A DNA stretch of 16,727 nt from positions 1 through 16,727 of the IMG/VR virus record IMGVR_UViG_3300017696_000015; one strand, given 5' to 3'. The position numbers and the translations under genes were made by a program. Of the stretch, positions 8,282-16,253 are shown in pieces; the stretch's first letter is position 1, and the number at the start of each line of letters is the position of its first letter. The notes beneath the pieces were generated by a model. The model ran no database searches. It was not told where the DNA came from and saw nothing but the letters and a program-made list of their open reading frames with translations.

Positions 8282-8578
8282 ATGTCTATACTGCCATATG
8301 CATTAGAAGGATTTCTAGTATTGATGGGTACATTAGTAGGAAGTTATGTCGTTGGAGAAATAGTACATCTTTATAACGAAAAACAGGCAAATGAGGCATT
8401 TAGGACAGCTATTGACCAAATGGCAAAATCTACAATTGTAACTGCAGAAAGTATAAAAGATACCGCTACACTTGGAATAAATTCGCTTTTGAATATGGAT
8501 ACACTTAGGGATGTAAATTCATTAGCACAAAAGAAAGCAGAACAAAATACAAATTCACAAACTTCAGCATCTAAGTAA
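8282..8578 (+). CDS. Virus-associated pyramid protein PVAP (SIRV2 P98 / STIV C92 family), egress/lysis
   Basis: Exactly 98 aa from ATG 8282. N-terminal TM helix, then GEIVHLYNEKQ...AIDQM.KST...ESIKDT...GINSLLNMDTLRDVNSLA. Confidence 0.93.
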   Translation: MSILPYALEGFLVLMGTLVGSYVVGEIVHLYNEKQANEAFRTAIDQMAKSTIVTAESIKDTATLGINSLLNMDTLRDVNSLAQKKAEQNTNSQTSASK

Positions 8579-8579
8579 T

Positions 8580-8927
8580 CTAGACATTCTGGGTTTTTAA
8601 CATATAAGTTAATACTTTTTTTATATCTTTTTTTGTTTTTGGAACTAATTGTATATTTATATCACTATGAGAAGGCATATGTTTATGAACTCTGGAATAA
8701 TCAAGTTTCTTATTCGTAAAAACGAGAACATGATAATGTAGCCCATGGAATTTTGTTGTATATTCTTTCACAGAAAAAACATGTGAATCTAAGTCATGAT
8801 TATAGACATATTGCCGAAATTTTTTATAGATTTTTGCTGTATCTCCATATCGATAATTCGTAGAAATTGTAATAAAATAAGTATAACTGTAAAGAAAGTG
8901 ATAGTTAAAAACTTTTTTACAGTCCAT
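8580..8927 (-). CDS. rep: HUH-superfamily Rep nicking protein (SIRV ORF119 family)
   Basis: Motif I FITIST, HUH motif GLHYHVLV, catalytic YxxK (TYMLK). Confidence 0.9.
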   Translation of the reverse strand: MDCKKVFNYHFLYSYTYFITISTNYRYGDTAKIYKKFRQYVYNHDLDSHVFSVKEYTTKFHGLHYHVLVFTNKKLDYSRVHKHMPSHSDINIQLVPKTKKDIKKVLTYMLKTQNV

Positions 8928-8998
8928 GAATGTAAATGAAAATCTGACATTTAAATGTATATGTCACGTTTATATCAAGGTTAGGAGTATAAAAAAAT

Positions 8999-9271
8999 AT
9001 GAGAAGACAAAGAAATAAATATATTGAGGTAAGAATTCCACATAAATATCAATCTATTTTTTATGAAAAAAGAGAACAAATCAAACAAGAAATAGATAAA
9101 TTGTTAAATCAACAAACTGAATTCAAATTGATAGAAAGTCAAGAAGTTTATGACGACAGAGCATTTTTTACAGTAGACGAATTATACTACGACAAATTAG
9201 AACAATTGGCAAGAAAATACAATACAAAAATTCCAAGACTTATAAGGTCTTTGTTCTTTAAGTTACTCTAA
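8999..9271 (+). CDS. Putative DNA-binding protein with RHH-like repeats, 90 aa
   Basis: YIEVRIP and FFTVDELYYDKLEQLARKYNTKIPRLIRSL resemble RHH strand-helix-helix units. Confidence 0.6.
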   Translation: MRRQRNKYIEVRIPHKYQSIFYEKREQIKQEIDKLLNQQTEFKLIESQEVYDDRAFFTVDELYYDKLEQLARKYNTKIPRLIRSLFFKLL

Positions 9272-9431
9272 ATCTTTTTTTCTTTTATCTCTCAATTCTC
9301 AACTCAAATATTTAAAATATAATGTATATTGCTTTTTGTGTTTATAATAAAAATATTGAAAAATATGCTAACTTATAAGTTTGTTAATATTTAAATTTGT
9401 CATAATATAATATTTTTATTAGGGGATGTAA

Positions 9432-9845
9432 ATGGCGTCCCTAAAAGAAATAATAGATGAGTTAGGTAAACAAGCTAAAGAACAAAACAAAATTGTTTCA
9501 AGAATTCTAAAGATAAAAGGTATAAAAAGAATTGTAGTACAATTAAACGCTATACCAAATGGAAATTCTGTAAGATATAGCATGACAATTCATTCACAAG
9601 CAAACTATAGGAAACAGATAGGAATTACAGCAAATGATGCAGAAGATTTGAGATTAATCAGTGAATTCCTATCTAAATATGCTGACTTACTTAACGAATA
9701 TATAAAGTTTTCTCCTAGAAATGGAAATAATGTAAGAGAGGAAGAATTAGAAGTTGAAAATACAGAAGAAGAAGAACAAGAAGAACAAAAACAAGAGAAA
9801 TCACAAAAGAAACAAAGTAAAAAGAATGTGGAAGATGAATTTTAA
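9432..9845 (+). CDS. ssDNA-binding protein (SIRV2 gp17/ORF131-like) with acidic disordered tail
   Basis: MASLKEIIDELGKQAKE...YRKQIGITANDAEDL core with an E/Q/K-rich C-terminus. First gene of the gp17-18-19 cluster. Confidence 0.88.
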   Translation: MASLKEIIDELGKQAKEQNKIVSRILKIKGIKRIVVQLNAIPNGNSVRYSMTIHSQANYRKQIGITANDAEDLRLISEFLSKYADLLNEYIKFSPRNGNNVREEELEVENTEEEEQEEQKQEKSQKKQSKKNVEDEF

Positions 9846-9870
9846 AATGTCATAAAATATCATTTTTTTT

Positions 9871-11178
9871 ATGAACGGTAACTTTCAATTCCTGGAAAAA
9901 GTTAAAGAACATTCTTTTTTTTATAACCCAAGAGATACAGAAAGAGTTCTCAATATAATTCTTTCTGGTAAACAAATTGATGATAAGAAAAAGATTGAAA
10001 TTCTTAAAGCTTATAAACGCGGAATAGATCAGCAATATTTTTCAGCGACTTTGCCATATTATGATGAGGTAAAATTTATCTCTAAAATAACAAATTTTAA
10101 AGTAAAAAATGACAAAATAATTGCTAGATTTCAAAATGGGTTTATAGCAAGTTTTGACCCACATTATATAGCAGATAATCCTGATGATTTCTATAATTTA
10201 ATAACTTCTTTTATGTTTGTCAAGATTAGAAAAGGGTCTAACGGCTGGTATATTAGCGATATTTATTCTATAGAACCGCCGAATAATTATGAAATTGCTA
10301 AAGAACTTTTTGACATAGCTAATCAAGAACATCAAACATATGCTCTTCTACTCCAAGCTTTCGGATACGACCCAACTAAAATGGAAATTCAAGATATCTT
10401 TCTATATCTTCCTAGATTATTCCCACTTTTTAAATCACCAATTACGAAAAGGCAAATCAATTATATAGAAATTTCTAATCGTGGAACTGGAAAAACTACA
10501 ACTTTTATGATATTACAAGAAGTGTTTAATTTCCGTTATTATACAGAAACACCAACATATGCAAATCTAGTATATGATGCCAGAAATAATATGTATGGTG
10601 CCGTCTTTCTTTCTAACGGTCTAATTTTTGATGAAATTCAGAATTGGAAAGATGGATATTCCATAAAAGAATTAGGAGCAATAAATGCCACTCTTTCAAC
10701 TGGTCTGGAAAATTGTGTCTGGACTAGAGGAGCTGGAACAGAATCAAAATCCTCAACTATTCAGAAATGTATACCGATTATTTACGCTGGAAATCCATAT
10801 TCTATGACTCTAAACAGATTAAGAACTCCAGATGTAGAAGATTATCTTGTAAACTATCAAATTTTTACTTCTGCAATTCTCGATAGAATTCATATTATAC
10901 AATTAGCAATTAAAAAAACTTATGAAAAAATTGTCAATTCCAGAGTTCTATATCCGTCTATCTTGAAAGCTCTAGTAGAACTAATTCAGCAGAAGATAAA
11001 CAGTATCACGAATTATGTAATTTGTGATAACTTAGAATCTAGAAGACAAGAACAAGCTATAGATATACAAATACTCTTACAGGCTCTCGACATAGATTTA
11101 CAAATTGGACAGAGAACGAAGGAAGAAATTTGTAGACAAATCATCAATTTCATGAGATTTTCAAATTTAGGTGAGTGA
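9871..11178 (+). CDS. AAA+ ATPase / ssDNA-annealing protein (SIRV2 gp18/ORF436-like)
   Basis: 435 aa. Walker A NRGTGKTT, Walker B LIFDE, sensor AGN, Arg finger LDR. Confidence 0.9.
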   Translation: MNGNFQFLEKVKEHSFFYNPRDTERVLNIILSGKQIDDKKKIEILKAYKRGIDQQYFSATLPYYDEVKFISKITNFKVKNDKIIARFQNGFIASFDPHYIADNPDDFYNLITSFMFVKIRKGSNGWYISDIYSIEPPNNYEIAKELFDIANQEHQTYALLLQAFGYDPTKMEIQDIFLYLPRLFPLFKSPITKRQINYIEISNRGTGKTTTFMILQEVFNFRYYTETPTYANLVYDARNNMYGAVFLSNGLIFDEIQNWKDGYSIKELGAINATLSTGLENCVWTRGAGTESKSSTIQKCIPIIYAGNPYSMTLNRLRTPDVEDYLVNYQIFTSAILDRIHIIQLAIKKTYEKIVNSRVLYPSILKALVELIQQKINSITNYVICDNLESRRQEQAIDIQILLQALDIDLQIGQRTKEEICRQIINFMRFSNLGE

Positions 11179-11180
11179 GA

Positions 11181-11822
11181 ATGAATTACGAAGATTTAGT
11201 TAGACAAAGTTTCAAAATAAAATATCCTGAAGACTTAATTTTCCCTTCTGAAGTTGGAATATGTTTCAGAAAGTCATATTTCTCTAGGAAATTTGAGTTT
11301 GAAAAGGGAATAAATGAACTTGTACTTGATCTTGGAGAACAACATCATTTGAGAATAGAGAATTATTTTACTGAGAAATTAGAATGTAAAAGTGAAATTG
11401 AGGTAAAAGGAGAAATAGAAGGTCTAAAAATTTCTGGTAGAATAGACTTGATTTGTGGAAACGATTTACTAGAAATAAAAACAATTTCCAACAATTATTT
11501 TAATATCAAAGAATATCATCTATACCAAATTGCAATATATTACTATTTATTGAAATTACAAAATTACAAAATTGATAATGTTTATATCATATATTTAAAT
11601 AGAATAAATAGAGAAGTTAAACAATTTCAAATTGAGAAAAATGTATTAGAAGAATATATTCAAAAAGCTATAGATTGGATTAAGAAATTTAAAGAATATT
11701 TGAAACTAACAGACTATAAAAACATTCCAGGAGCTAACAATTATTTATGTAAAAATTGTGATTTTAAATCTAAATGTTCTGGTTCTGTTTTGGATTATTT
11801 ACAATCAACTGACAAAAAGTAA
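11181..11822 (+). CDS. cas4: Cas4-like (RecB-family, Fe-S) ssDNA exonuclease (SIRV2 gp19/ORF207-like)
   Basis: CFRK, GRID..LLEIK, QIAIY and [10 protein letters not shown] motifs. AGGTGA SD upstream of ATG 11181 (alternative GTG 11175). Confidence 0.92.
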   Translation: MNYEDLVRQSFKIKYPEDLIFPSEVGICFRKSYFSRKFEFEKGINELVLDLGEQHHLRIENYFTEKLECKSEIEVKGEIEGLKISGRIDLICGNDLLEIKTISNNYFNIKEYHLYQIAIYYYLLKLQNYKIDNVYIIYLNRINREVKQFQIEKNVLEEYIQKAIDWIKKFKEYLKLTDYKNIPGANNYLCKNCDFKSKCSGSVLDYLQSTDKK

Positions 11823-11917
11823 TATTCCTTATATTATTAATATGACATATTCGTCATGGAAAATGCAAATTTAAAAACCTTTTTATTTGTCATAACACAA
11901 CATTTTTATTGAGAAAT

Positions 11918-12196
11918 ATGACACAAAATACATTTCAAGAAATAATAAATATAGTACAAGAAATGGAAAAAGAAGATATAGAAATTTTATTATATAAAAC
12001 TGTGAATTTTTTAGAAAAATTCGAAATATTATTTTATACAAAAAAAGATAACATTATTAAGGGATATTTAGAAATAAGAAATAAAACTTTCTATTTTGAA
12101 ATTAGAATAAACAAATTGACAAATGAAAAACAATATACTGTTAGCGTGACAATAGGAAAAATGGTAATTGTAAAGAAGTTTGATGTGGTGGTTTAA
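11918..12196 (+). CDS. Hypothetical protein, ~92 aa
   Basis: ORF track 11909..12196. ATG 11918 follows a TTTTTATTTGTCAT promoter. Confidence 0.7.
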   Translation: MTQNTFQEIINIVQEMEKEDIEILLYKTVNFLEKFEILFYTKKDNIIKGYLEIRNKTFYFEIRINKLTNEKQYTVSVTIGKMVIVKKFDVVV

Positions 12197-12400
12197 ATGT
12201 GTGCTAAAGTTTGCAATATTGTAGTAACGTTTAAGATAGATGAAGATATGTATGAACAACTAGAAGCCTATAGACTAAAACATAGAATGTCAAAAGGCGA
12301 AGTTATTAGACTAGCGTTAAACAAACTTTTCGACGAAGAAAAGAAAAATGAGGAAAATTTACAAATTAAGGTAGAAAAAGGTCCTAAATTGAGGAGATAA
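12197..12400 (+). CDS. Ribbon-helix-helix regulator
   Basis: VVTFKIDEDMYEQLEAYRLKHRMSKGEVIRLALNKL. Confidence 0.85.
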   Translation: MCAKVCNIVVTFKIDEDMYEQLEAYRLKHRMSKGEVIRLALNKLFDEEKKNEENLQIKVEKGPKLRR

Positions 12401-12412
12401 GGAGTGTTAAAA

Positions 12413-13174
12413 ATGAAAGTTACTTTAGTTTCATATACTCCAGACGGAGAAAAAGTTATTGCAATTGCATCAAAAATGAGTAGGTCAAGAAAAGGATGGG
12501 AATATCATAAAGAAAAAATGACAGATGATGAAATAGAACTATGGATATCTGATGCTATAATTCATGGATATTGGTCTGTACTTGAACACAGTGTATACAC
12601 TTTCTCAATTGAAAGAATTTCTAGAATTGTTTCACATCAACTTGTAAGACATAGAATTGCATCATATACTCAAATGAGCCATAGATTTGCAAAGCCAATT
12701 GAAGAATATTATCAGCCAATTATACCGTCATCTACAGAAAAAAGAGCTAAAGAAATTGTAGAAAAAGCTTATAGCGATTCATATAAACGTTATTATGAAC
12801 TCCTAGAAGCCGGTGTACCAGAAGAAGATGCTCGTTACGTCTTACCAAACGGCATAAATACAAATATTGTCGTTACCATGAATGCTAGAGAACTTTATAA
12901 CTTCTTTGCCTTACGTTTATGTTCTAGAACTCAGTGGGAACTTCGACAATTAGCATGGAAGATGCTCGAAGAAGTGAAGAAAGTACATCCTAGACTATTC
13001 CGTTATGCTGGACCTAATTGTATAATTCATGAGAACTTTATACGTGTCACGCCGATAACTCTTGACTCAATAAACGAGAAGACGGAGTTTATATCGAAAA
13101 GATGTATAGAAGGAGTTCCAAAAGAAGGAATTTATAAATGTATACAAAATTCAAAAAAAGGTGAAGAATTTTGA
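12413..13174 (+). CDS. thyX: Flavin-dependent thymidylate synthase ThyX
   Basis: Signature RHRxxSxxQxSxR ([13 protein letters not shown]), plus [26 protein letters not shown] and QWELR. AGGAG SD before ATG 12413. Confidence 0.96.
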   Translation: MKVTLVSYTPDGEKVIAIASKMSRSRKGWEYHKEKMTDDEIELWISDAIIHGYWSVLEHSVYTFSIERISRIVSHQLVRHRIASYTQMSHRFAKPIEEYYQPIIPSSTEKRAKEIVEKAYSDSYKRYYELLEAGVPEEDARYVLPNGINTNIVVTMNARELYNFFALRLCSRTQWELRQLAWKMLEEVKKVHPRLFRYAGPNCIIHENFIRVTPITLDSINEKTEFISKRCIEGVPKEGIYKCIQNSKKGEEF

Positions 13175-13503
13175 AAGTAAAAGATGCAAAAATTCTTTTT
13201 GATTTTCTAAGGAGGAATAATCTACAATTTAGATATTATGAATATAAGAACAATCTATACGATATACATATTACTAATTTGACATTAATTGATTTATCAT
13301 TTTCTGATTTTGATAATCTTGTAGAAATGAATTTTCTGATAAACAATATTGATTTTAAATTTTTACATATCTTAAAAACAAGTTTAGATGTAGAATTTGA
13401 TGTTGGAGATTTACATAATCATGATAAAATAACATTAAAGAAAGTAAGAATAACATGGGATAGAATTCAAGGACTAGAAATTTTATGGGAAAGTAAAAAA
13501 TAA
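13171..13503 (+). CDS. Hypothetical protein, 110 aa
   Basis: TTG start overlapping the thyX stop (TTGA), with an AGGTGA SD. Confidence 0.7.
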   Translation: MKVKDAKILFDFLRRNNLQFRYYEYKNNLYDIHITNLTLIDLSFSDFDNLVEMNFLINNIDFKFLHILKTSLDVEFDVGDLHNHDKITLKKVRITWDRIQGLEILWESKK

Positions 13504-13521
13504 TTTATAAAAGAAAAAAAA

Positions 13522-13746
13522 TTATTGTCTTAAATAAACACGTTTTTTCTGTCTCCCAGTTTCTGGATTTATTTCTGTTTTTATAATTATCAATCCTTTC
13601 TTTTCCATATTTTGCAATCTTTTATTTAATATCATGTTATAACGTTTTGCAAAGCTAAAATTATTTATCAAATCTTCTTTCCATACTCCGCAAGGAAATG
13701 TAGATAAATAATTTAAGATTTCTTGTTCCTTTCTTCCTACTCTCAT
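13522..13746 (-). CDS. Winged-helix DNA-binding protein, 74 aa
   Basis: EILNYL...RLQNMEKKGLI...GRQKKRVYL (MarR/PadR-like wing). Confidence 0.8.
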   Translation of the reverse strand: MRVGRKEQEILNYLSTFPCGVWKEDLINNFSFAKRYNMILNKRLQNMEKKGLIIIKTEINPETGRQKKRVYLRQ

Positions 13747-13778
13747 ATTGCCATCAATATATAATATGTATTTTTTTG

Positions 13779-13807
13779 TATTTAAAATTTTCTTTATGAG
13801 TTTACAT
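13779..13807 (-). promoter_or_regulatory. Extended promoter copy 1
   Basis: ATGTAAACTCATAAAGAAAATTTTAAATA, 33 nt upstream of ATG 13746. Confidence 0.65.
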
Positions 13808-13935
13808 TAACATCTTACGTTTTTTAAAATCTCAAATTTTAGGAATAATATAACAAGCAGGAGAAAAATTGAAGAAAAAAATAGAAGGAAAAAGGGGTAA
13901 CCCAAATCAGAAAAATTGAGTAGGAAAAAAAGTGT

Positions 13936-14160
13936 TCAGTCAGAAGATTGCGAATTTTGATGTTTTACAAGAAAAGAAAAATGCATGTTTGCTATATTTT
14001 CATCATATCCTGAAAAGAAAAATATTCTTTTTGATTCTGTCTGTATATATACTGCAATTCTTTGTTTCTGGCAACAATTACACTTTGCATAAATTACATT
14101 ACCCTCTTGTTTTACTTGTACAAAGTTGTGATATGTAACATTTATAACTTGGAATTTCAT
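13936..14160 (-). CDS. Small Cys-containing hypothetical protein (~74 aa), candidate anti-defence protein
   Basis: MKFQVINV...IYAKCNCC. ATG 14160 lies 31 nt after the extended promoter. Confidence 0.7.
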   Translation of the reverse strand: MKFQVINVTYHNFVQVKQEGNVIYAKCNCCQKQRIAVYIQTESKRIFFFSGYDENIANMHFSFLVKHQNSQSSD

Positions 14161-14190
14161 TTTTATCAATTTATATTTACTCAATCTACA

Positions 14191-14219
14191 TTTATAAATT
14201 TTTCGATAAACTTTTACGT
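14191..14219 (-). promoter_or_regulatory. Extended promoter copy 2
   Basis: ACGTAAAAGTTTATCGAAAAATTTATAAA. Confidence 0.72.
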
Positions 14220-14245
14220 ATCGATTTATCGTTTCTATAAAAAAA

Positions 14246-14365
14246 TTAAATTAGTTTGTGATTTATAATATATTCTAGAATCACATATAAAAGAAAACTT
14301 ATTGTAAAATCAATAGAAATTGCACATATTAAATCTCTAATATCTCTCCATGTTTCCCGTTTCAT
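14246..14365 (-). CDS. Small hydrophobic peptide, 39 aa (not in ORF track)
   Basis: MKRETWRDIRDLICAISIDFTISFLLYVILEYIINHKLI*. The ATG abuts the upstream TGA. Confidence 0.5.
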   Translation of the reverse strand: MKRETWRDIRDLICAISIDFTISFLLYVILEYIINHKLI

Positions 14366-14536
14366 TCATCTATCACTTTTTTCATATTTTTTCTTTAACA
14401 TTTTTAACATTTCTTCTTCCTCAATTTTTTTCATTAATTGTCTTAATTGTAAGATGAAATACAGAAATAATGAAAAGAAAAGAACGTCTGTATAAATTAA
14501 AAGTATTTCTATATCTGTTATACTATTAAAACTCAT
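14366..14536 (-). CDS. Small TM + charged-tail protein, 56 aa (not in ORF track)
   Basis: MSFNSITDIEILLIYTDVLFFSLFLYFILQLRQLMKKIEEEEMLKMLKKKYEKSDR*. AGGTGA SD 4 nt upstream. Confidence 0.65.
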   Translation of the reverse strand: MSFNSITDIEILLIYTDVLFFSLFLYFILQLRQLMKKIEEEEMLKMLKKKYEKSDR

Positions 14537-14540
14537 ACTT

Positions 14541-14837
14541 TCACCTTTGATTTTTTAAATTAAAATATAGACTAAGCAATTTCTTAAATACATCTAATCC
14601 GTCTACATCATCTTCAGTAATATACATCACATTTTCCTGATTGTCATCAAAAACTATCTTTAATTTGTACATTTTGTCGTAAAGCAGATATACATTAGCA
14701 AATATGAATTTTAAGTCATTATCTTCTTTAGTAAAACAAGTATCATCTAGTTCATTAACTGAGAAATTTCCTAAAAATAATTCTTTACCTTCTTTTACTT
14801 CTTTTAAAACTTTTTCTATAACTATGTCTTCTGACAT
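14541..14837 (-). CDS. Acidic hypothetical protein (~98 aa)
   Basis: ORF track 14541..14849. ATG 14837 fits the spacing from the TTTTATATTTGTCAT promoter at ~14859-14873. Confidence 0.75.
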   Translation of the reverse strand: MSEDIVIEKVLKEVKEGKELFLGNFSVNELDDTCFTKEDNDLKFIFANVYLLYDKMYKLKIVFDDNQENVMYITEDDVDGLDVFKKLLSLYFNLKNQR

Positions 14838-14929
14838 ATTTAAAAACATTTATCGATTATGACAAATATAAAAATATTACAAATTTACAAATTAAAAAGT
14901 TGTTAAAATAATAGTATTAATATTACAAA

Positions 14930-15021
14930 AATGAGAAAAATTAAAAACAAAAAAAGATAACTGTAGAGTAACAACAAAAAACAAAAACAAAAAGAGAAAA
15001 AGAAAATAAAAAAGAAAAAAA
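14930..15021. repeat. Low-complexity A-tract repeats (T-tracts on the coding minus strand), probable terminator region
   Basis: AAAAAC / AAAAAG units directly downstream of the 90-aa gene. Confidence 0.55.
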
Positions 15022-15294
15022 TTAACTTGAACGTGGAATTAAAAAAGTAATGTAATATTTCCCCTCATATTCTAATATTGCCATTTCTTTAATTTCATTT
15101 AATTTTTTTAAACTTTGAGGATCCTTATAAATGCTAATATTCTGAAAATGGTCACACGCAGAAATTACATACAGCTCGTCTCTTTTTATTTGTCGTAATG
15201 AATACGATTGGTCATTTGTTAATAAAATTGTATCACATTTCTTACATTTTATATATATATTGCTTCCAAATTTTTCTATTTTTATTCCTTCCAT
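15022..15294 (-). CDS. Putative zinc-binding protein (CxxC...CxH), 90 aa, candidate anti-defence protein
   Basis: IKCKKC...SACDHF. Preceded by the extended promoter. Confidence 0.78.
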   Translation of the reverse strand: MEGIKIEKFGSNIYIKCKKCDTILLTNDQSYSLRQIKRDELYVISACDHFQNISIYKDPQSLKKLNEIKEMAILEYEGKYYITFLIPRSS

Positions 15295-15328
15295 ATTTTT
15301 CCCCTTATTTACATTTACTTACTTCACA

Positions 15329-15357
15329 TTTATAAATTTATCTCTATCTTTTTACGT
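15329..15357 (-). promoter_or_regulatory. Extended promoter copy 3
   Basis: ACGTAAAAAGATAGAGATAAATTTATAAA, 35 nt upstream of the ATG. Confidence 0.72.
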
Positions 15358-15404
15358 TTGTATTTTTCGTTTTAACAATTTTCAGAAGTCTTCATAATTT
15401 TATC

Positions 15405-15542
15405 AATAAACAAATAAAAAATAAACAAAAAGCAAAAAACTAAAAAACATAAAAACATAAAAATCAAAAACAAGATAACAAGATTAGAAATTGCAAATTT
15501 GAAAATTATAAATTTGAAATAAAAAATTTAGAATTTAAAAAA
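15405..15542. repeat. Low-complexity A-tract repeats (e.g. AAAAACAT x2, AATTTGAAA x2), probable terminator region
   Basis: Directly downstream of the acrIIIB1-like gene on the minus strand. Confidence 0.55.
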
Positions 15543-16253
15543 TTAATCACTTTTTGAACTTCTAGGACTTGGATGAGTAAATAGATAATATTTATTTGCA
15601 TGTATAGTTATCGTATTAGTTCCATGGTCAAACGATCTCAAAATCACATCTGTATCTTTTGACGGACGGATTATATAAGCAGACCCTGGGCTTGAATATA
15701 TTGATATAATTTGAACTTCATTTGAAAATTCAATTTCATGATTATAGATTTTCATTATAGTGCCGTTTTCTGCATTAAGGTCCACAGTTGTTTTTAAAGG
15801 TGGTATAGAATAAATTTCTAAATGTCCTTGAATAAAGTATAAAGGAAATTCTACTAATTTCCCCTTCTTAAACCTATCATAAAAGTAAAATGTATAATTA
15901 TCATAACTAATCAATAATTCTTGATTTTGTAAATTTGAAGTCTGTATAAATGCCATAATATATTTCTTGTAATCTTGTAAATCTCTGCTAATCTTTTGTC
16001 TACTTGATACTCCGAAAAGCGATGTCACTGATAGATAATATATTCCTCTAGTTTCTACTAATTCTCCATTTTGTAATCTAAAACATCCCTCAAATGTTTT
16101 TCCTGATCTCGAAATATATTTTTTACAGTCAATAAATGAACCTGAAATTGTAGAGATTTTTGTAACTGAATTATTCAAATGCCTTATCATGAAAACATTT
16201 GGAAGATAATTAACTTGTTTAACTACTTTTAATTCATATTTATCTTGACTCAT
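15543..16253 (-). CDS. acrIIIB1: Anti-CRISPR AcrIIIB1 homolog (SIRV2 gp48/ORF249-like), inhibitor of type III-B Cmr
   Basis: Colinear blocks matching the recalled gp48 sequence: LPxVF, C..Y.SRSG.T.EGC, EFPL...QGHL..Y, IYNH...F, S.DH, and C-terminal LFxHPxPR...D. Confidence 0.87.
   Translation of the reverse strand: MSQDKYELKVVKQVNYLPNVFMIRHLNNSVTKISTISGSFIDCKKYISRSGKTFEGCFRLQNGELVETRGIYYLSVTSLFGVSSRQKISRDLQDYKKYIMAFIQTSNLQNQELLISYDNYTFYFYDRFKKGKLVEFPLYFIQGHLEIYSIPPLKTTVDLNAENGTIMKIYNHEIEFSNEVQIISIYSSPGSAYIIRPSKDTDVILRSFDHGTNTITIHANKYYLFTHPSPRSSKSD

Noticed and set aside
8580-8927. IS200/IS605 TnpA transposase
   Set aside because: HUH motifs are shared, but the size and context match rudiviral Rep. 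No tnpB or terminal hairpins are seen.
9882-9893. CTTTCAATTCCT partial CRISPR-repeat match
   Set aside because: Only 12 nt, inside the ATPase coding start, and antisense to its transcript. Likely chance.
9850-10035. 61-aa minus-strand ORF
   Set aside because: Antisense to the ATPase gene.
11181-11822. CRISPR-Cas locus suggested by cas4
   Set aside because: No cas1/cas2 or array is present. This is the standard rudiviral stand-alone Cas4-like nuclease.
12068-12259. 63-aa minus-strand ORF
   Set aside because: Antisense to two well-supported plus-strand genes.
13932-14268. Plus-strand ORFs 13932..14138 and 14062..14268
   Set aside because: Opposite a minus-strand gene that has the conserved promoter, and all neighbouring genes are on the minus strand.
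14541-14837. AcrID1 assignment
   Set aside because: Size and acidity fit, but I could not recognise sequence similarity. Left as hypothetical.
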